Assembly (NCBI GenBank): GCA_963758865.1 | Contig: CAVWWY010000014.1 | Coordinates: forward strand, 39,581 to 103,580 | Direction: 5' to 3' | DNA length: 64,000 nt | Origin: an uncultured bacterium | GTDB lineage: Bacteria; Actinomycetota; Thermoleophilia; Solirubrobacterales; 70-9 | Shown here: in pieces, positions 59,650 to 64,000 of the stretch | Layout: each line of letters begins with the position of its first letter | How positions within the stretch are numbered: the first letter of the stretch is position 1 | Notes under the pieces: model-generated | Told to the model about the DNA's origin: nothing | What the model saw: only the letters and a program-made list of their open reading frames with translations | Databases searched by the model: none | Translations under genes and position numbers: made by a program

Positions 59650-61245
59650 CCGGCGCGTTCGCCCGCGGCAAGCCCGCCGGCGGGCGTCGCCGGCGCCGAC
59701 CTGGAGCTCGGGCTCGGCGCCGCCGCCCGCGGATCAGCGTCAGGGCGACCACCACCCCCGCCGCCGCGACCCCGGTCGCGACCTTCATCGACGTGGCGAA
59801 GCCGCTGATGAACGCATCGTGCGCCGCCGCGGCTCACCTGGGCGGCCTGGGAGTGGTCGAGGCCGGCGGGCACGCCGGACACACCGCCGCCCAGGCCGTG
59901 GGCGATGTCGCTTCGCTGGGCGGCCGTGAGGCCAGACCCGGCGAGCAGCTGGTCGAGCTTCGACCGCGCGGCGCGCCTGGAACACAGCGCCGATCACCGC
60001 GACCCCGAGCGTGCCGCCGATCATGCGGTTCATCGACAGGATGCCCGAGGCGATCCCGGCCTTGGCGTCGGCCACGGCGTTCATCGCCGCGGTCGACATC
60101 GGCGACATCACCAGCGCCATGCCGATCCCCATCAGGAAGAAGGACGGCAGCAGGCCTCCGTACGTCGTCGAGGCGTCGATCTGTGGTCAGCCAGACCATC
60201 GCCACCGAGACCAGGGACAGGCCGGTGGCGATCGGGATCCGAGGCCCGATCCGATCGGTCAGCCGACCCGCGATGCGGCGCGATCGCGACGATCATCAGC
60301 GTCGCCGGCAGGAATCGGAACCCGGCCTGGAGCGGCGAGTAGCCGAGGATGTTCTGCATGTAGAGGGCGAGGAAGAAGAACTGCGCCAGCATCGCGAAGG
60401 TGACGATCAGCGCGATCGATGTTGGAGCCGACGAAGTTGCGGCTCGGCGAACAGCCGGAACTCGACCATCGGCGTCTTCACCCGGAGCTCGACGAGCACG
60501 AACGCGGCCAGAAGCACGATGGAGCCGCCGAGCAGCCCAGGATCGCGGGGGAGCCCCAGCCCCACGCGTTGCCCTCGATCAGCGCCAGGACCAGCGCGGT
60601 CAGCCCCCCGGTGAGCGTGGCGACACCCAGATAGTCGACCTCGCGCCCGACGGTGTCGTCGCGCGACTCCCGAACCGCGAACAGCGTGGCCATCACGGCG
60701 CCCACGCCGACGGGCAGGTTGATGTAGAAGATCGCCCGCCACGAGACGGCCTCCGTCAGGAAGCCGCCCAGCACGGGGCCGATCGCCAGCGCGAGCGCCG
60801 AGACGCCGGCCCAGGTGCCGATCGCCTTGCCGCGCTCAGCGGGTGGGAATGCGTTGGTGACGATCGAGAGCGTGGCCGGCATCATCAGCGCGCCGCCGAT
60901 CCCCTGGACCACGCGGCTGGCGACGAGCGCGGTGGTGTCCGGGGCGAGGCCGGCGGTCGCCGAGGAGAGCGTGAACAGGGTGACCCCGATCAGGAAGGTG
61001 AGGCGGCGGCCGAAGATGTCCCCGAGCCGACCGCCGGTGGCGAGCAGCACGGCGAATGCGAGCGTGTACCCGTTGACCGTCCACTCGAGGCCCGAGAGGC
61101 TCGCCCCGAGGTCGCGCTCGATCGAGGGCAGCGCGACGTTGACCACCGTGTTGTCGAGCATGAGCATGAACAGGGCGAAGCACATGGCTCCCAGCGTCCA
61201 CCACCTGCGGTTCTCGTCGGTGATCAGGTGGCGATAGCGGGTCAC
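59646..61245 (-). pseudogene. MFS transporter, DHA2 (EmrB/QacA, 14-TMS) type; at least five frame breaks, 3' end uncertain
   Basis: MLMLDNTVVNVALPSI, GGRLGDIFGRR, GIGGALMMPATLSIV in ORF 60478-61605. Further TM pieces in ORFs 60407-60742, 60132-60392, 59834-60205, 59785-60132 and 59348-59788. GTG start overlaps the marR stop (GTGA). Confidence 0.8.
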
Positions 61246-61787
61246 TTCAAGTCCTCCTTCAGCTCGGAGTAGGCAACCGCGACCTCTTCCCGCTCGAGGA
61301 GGGACTCCAGCGCGGTCGAGAGCTTCTTTCGCTGGGCTTGCGTGAGGTCGCCGATGAAGGTCGCCAGCCCATCCATGCGGGCGGCGAGGAGCTGCCTGGC
61401 AAGTCGCTCGCCCTCGTCGGTCAGCGCGAGGTTGCGTACGCGCCGATCCTCGGCGTCCTCGTCCCGTTGCACGAGTCCCTCGCGGACCAGCACGTCCACG
61501 GCGCGGCTGATGGTGGGGAGCGACGCGCCGGTTCGGGCGGCGACGTCCTTCGCCGCCCTGGGCTCGCCATGCCCGCCGGGCGCCAGCGCGATCAGCACCT
61601 TGCACTGGGTGAGCGTGAGGCCGCTTTCCTCCAGCGTGCCGAAGAACTCGCCCGCCGTGGTGGCCATCGCGTACATGACGGCGCCGAAGCGGTGGGCAAG
61701 CTCCCGAGCCTCCGTGTCCGCCTGCCTGCCGACCTTCGAGGCCCGTCCGCGTCTGGCTGTGGCGGTTCCTTCCATCTGAGCAATCAT
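61242..61787 (-). CDS. MarR-family transcriptional regulator
   Basis: LTLTQCKVLIAL..., wHTH ARTGASLPTISRAVDVLVREGLVQRDEDAEDRRVRNLALTDEG. Intact 181 aa. Confidence 0.9.
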   Translation of the reverse strand: MIAQMEGTATARRGRASKVGRQADTEARELAHRFGAVMYAMATTAGEFFGTLEESGLTLTQCKVLIALAPGGHGEPRAAKDVAARTGASLPTISRAVDVLVREGLVQRDEDAEDRRVRNLALTDEGERLARQLLAARMDGLATFIGDLTQAQRKKLSTALESLLEREEVAVAYSELKEDLK

Positions 61788-61826
61788 TGCATAAGTGAAA
61801 TCATCTATCTCATAAATAGTTGTCTA

Positions 61827-61842
61827 TGTGATCACGATCACA
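61827..61842. promoter_or_regulatory. Perfect inverted repeat TGTGATC-AC-GATCACA in the AT-rich marR/bioA divergent intergenic region; candidate operator
   Basis: The palindrome is read directly. It sits in the only markedly AT-rich stretch of this region (61788-61850), 40 nt upstream of marR. The function is inferred. Confidence 0.35.
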
Positions 61843-61927
61843 CAGGCGGCAAGCGAGGACCGCCGCAATCGCGGCCGGGTCCGCCGGCCGGTCTTCCGCC
61901 GTGGCGCCTTCTAAGGTCGCCCGGACG

Positions 61928-63253
61928 ATGTCGGAGACCGTCGGCGATCTCGATCACCGCCACCTCTGGCACCCGTTCACGCAGCAGCGCGATTGGTGCC
62001 TGGAGGAGCCGATAGTCATCGAGCGGGCCGAGGGCACCGACTTGATCGACGCCCAGGGCAGGCGCTACATCGACGGGGTCTCGTCCCTGTGGTGCAACGT
62101 CCACGGCCACCGCCATCCGCTGATCGACGACGCCGTGCGGGAGCAGCTGGACCGGGTCGCGCACACGACGATGCTGGGCCTGACCCACGGCCCGGCCGCG
62201 CGGCTGGCCGCCCGGCTGGTCGAGCTTGCCCCGCCCGGCCTCGAGCGCGTCTTCTACTCGGACTCCGGATCCACCGCGGCCGAGATCGCGCTCAAGATGG
62301 CCTTTCAGTACTGGCGCCAGCAGGGCGGCCAGCACGCCCGTCGCACCGCGTTCGTGTCGCTGCGCGACGCCTACCACGGCGACACGCTCGGGGCCGTGTC
62401 GGTCGGTGGCATCGACCTCTTCCACGCCGCGTACTCACCGCTCCTGTTCCCGGCGCACCGGGTCGAGCCCGGGGACTCCCGACAGCTCGAGCGCGTGCTC
62501 GAACTCCACGCCGAGGAGATCGCCGCTGTGATCGTCGAGCCGCTCGTCCAGGGGGCCGCCGGGATCAAGGTGCACCCGCCGGGATACCTGCGGCGGGTTC
62601 GCGAGCTGTGCGACCGGCACGACGTGCTCCTGATCTGCGACGAGGTGGCCACGGGCTTCGGTCGGACCGGGACGATGTTCGCGTGCGAGCAGGAGCGGGT
62701 CGCCCCCGACTTCCTTTGCCTCGGCAAGGGGCTGACCGGCGGTTACCTGCCGCTCGCGGCGACCCTGACCACCGAGCGCGTCTACGAGGGGTTCCTGGCG
62801 AGCGCCGGAGGACGGCAGCACCTTCTTCCACGGTCACACGTTCACCGGCAACCCGCTCGCCTGCGCGGCGGGGCTCGCCAACCTCGACGCCTTCGAGACC
62901 GAGGGGACGCTGCTTCGCCTGCAGCCGAAGATCCGGCTGCTCGGCGAGCTGCTCTCTGAGGTCGCCGGGATGCCCGAGGTCGCGGAGGTGCGTGGTCGCG
63001 GCTTCATGGTGGGGATCGACCTGGGGGACCACGACCCGGCGCTCCGGCTCGGCTCACCGGGTCACGCTGGAGGCGCGCCGGCGCGGCGTGATCATTCGCC
63101 CGCTGGGGGACGTAGTCGTGCTGATGCCCCCGCTGGCGATCAGACGAGGCCGACCTGCGACGGCTGGTCGCGATCGTGGCCGACTCGATCCGGGCCGTCT
63201 GCGGCTCGGCGCACGGCGAGGCGCCTACCGCCGAGCTCGCCCAGGCCGCCTAG
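61928..63253 (+). pseudogene. bioA: Adenosylmethionine-8-amino-7-oxononanoate aminotransferase; three frame breaks
   Basis: [36 protein letters not shown] and PLP-lysine [11 protein letters not shown] in ORF 61901-62959. [16 protein letters not shown].. in the frame of ORF 62970. RGVIIRPLGDVVVLMPPL in the ORF 61993 frame. Breaks near 62805, 63050 and 63140. GTG 61901 is an alternative start. Confidence 0.85.
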
Positions 63254-63313
63254 CACCAACCTCCCGCGCGGCGGGGCTTGTGCCGACGCTCCCTGGGCCC
63301 GATAGTGGACGTG

Positions 63314-63880
63314 ATGAACCGCGCGGTCGCGCGTAGTGCTGGTGTGGAGGAAACGCTGGCAGCCCCGGCAGCCGATGCCCCGAGCGACGCGGAGCGTCGC
63401 ATTCGAGGAGCTCTATCGGCGAAGCCGGGACGACGTCTACGCGTACGTCGCCGGCCTGCTCCGCGACCGTCCCGCCGCCGAGGACGTGACGGCGCTGGCT
63501 TTCGAGCGCGCCTACCGGCGCCGCCGCTCCTTCAACCCGAAGCGCGGAACTCGCCGCGCCTGGCTGTTCGGGATCGCGCGCAACGCCGCCCTCGACGAGC
63601 TCCGCAGGCGCCGGCGCCAGGCGACCCTGGCCGCCGAGCCGGTCGACGAGATGCGCGCTCGCGCCGAGAGGGCGTCGAGGTCGCGCTGCGGCGCGCCGCG
63701 CTTCGGGCGGCGCTCGGCTCGCTCGCCCCGCGCGAGCGCGAGCTGGTCGCATTGAAGTTCTTCGCCGGACTGGGCAACTCCGAGATCGCCGCGGTGATCG
63801 GCGTCTCGGAGACCAACGCGGGGACCCGGCTCCACCGGGTGATCGAGAAGCTGAGGAGGGCGTGCGATGAGGCTGCGTGA
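63314..63880 (+). pseudogene. ECF-type RNA polymerase sigma factor; one or two frame breaks
   Basis: Region 2 AFEELYRRSRDDVYAYVAGLL..AEDVTALAFERAY..WLFGIARNAALDELRRR in ORF 63336-63755. Region 4 LAPRERELVALKFFAGLGNSEIAAVIGVSETNAGTRLHRVIEKLR in ORF 63278-63880. Break near 63660, and possibly another near 63395. Confidence 0.8.
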
Positions 63881-64000
63881 GCAAGAGATGCCGCTGGATC
63901 CCGAGATCGAGCGCGAGCTGGATGCCCTCGACCGGGCGCTCGCCGGCGGGTCGGTCGATCCGGACCTCGAGGAGCTGGCGCTGCTCGCCGTCGAGCTTCG
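63867..64000 (+). CDS. Putative anti-sigma factor, 5' fragment (runs off the window)
   Basis: ATG 63867 overlaps the sigma-factor 3' end. The open frame MRLREQEMPLDPEIERELDALDRALAGGSVDPDLEELALLAVEL.. runs to the window edge. The call rests on position only. Confidence 0.3.
   Translation, partial: MRLREQEMPLDPEIERELDALDRALAGGSVDPDLEELALLAVEL

Overview
Very GC-rich (about 70% by eye) chromosomal segment. Its gene content points to an Actinomycetota-type organism: coproporphyrin-pathway HemQ, FprA, an ECF42 sigma factor paired with a YCII/DGPF protein, and a Holin-X/DUF3618 operon. I recognise about 62 protein-coding genes and no rRNA, tRNA, CRISPR array, transposase, integrase or phage module.

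Layout by coordinate:
- 0-5.3 kb: three tandem PQQ-type sugar dehydrogenase paralogues plus an aldehyde dehydrogenase.
- 5.3-8.7 kb: metE and a LysR regulator, separated by a 3 x 66-bp tandem repeat.
- 8.8-13.7 kb: envelope genes, including a GT4-UPF0104 fusion and a large membrane protein.
- 13.7-17.2 kb: haem and Fe-S redox island (hemQ, fprA, bolA, CGFS glutaredoxin, erpA).
- 20-23 kb: C-N hydrolase / TetR / alpha-beta hydrolase operon.
- 24-37 kb: acyl-CoA island (MerR, CoA-transferase, BKACE, carboxyltransferase, crotonase, three acyl-CoA dehydrogenases, ECF42 + YCII).
- 41.5-45.7 kb: plsC, glpK, GT2, and a mini-BCCP coupled to a crotonase.
- 45.7-56.4 kb: sulfated-glycan-like locus (four sulfatase paralogues, a secreted clan GH-A hydrolase, an arylsulfotransferase-like protein, GH3).
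- 56.5-63.3 kb: biotin locus (bioB-bioF-bioD and bioA, split by a MarR/MFS pair).
- 63.3 kb to the edge: an ECF sigma / anti-sigma pair.

Three things stand out:
1. A previously unrecognised ~55-62-nt double-hairpin intergenic repeat. It has six copies at four loci, including a triple array that fills the metE leader.
2. A 177-bp perfectly identical tract inside two otherwise diverged sulfatase paralogues, which suggests gene conversion.
3. A very large and regionally clustered number of reading-frame breaks: about 55-60 by hand count, in about 25 genes. These mean either widespread pseudogenisation or homopolymer indel errors in the assembly.

Every 'pseudogene' call below carries that caveat. 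I found no convincing new multi-gene system such as a defence island or secretion system.
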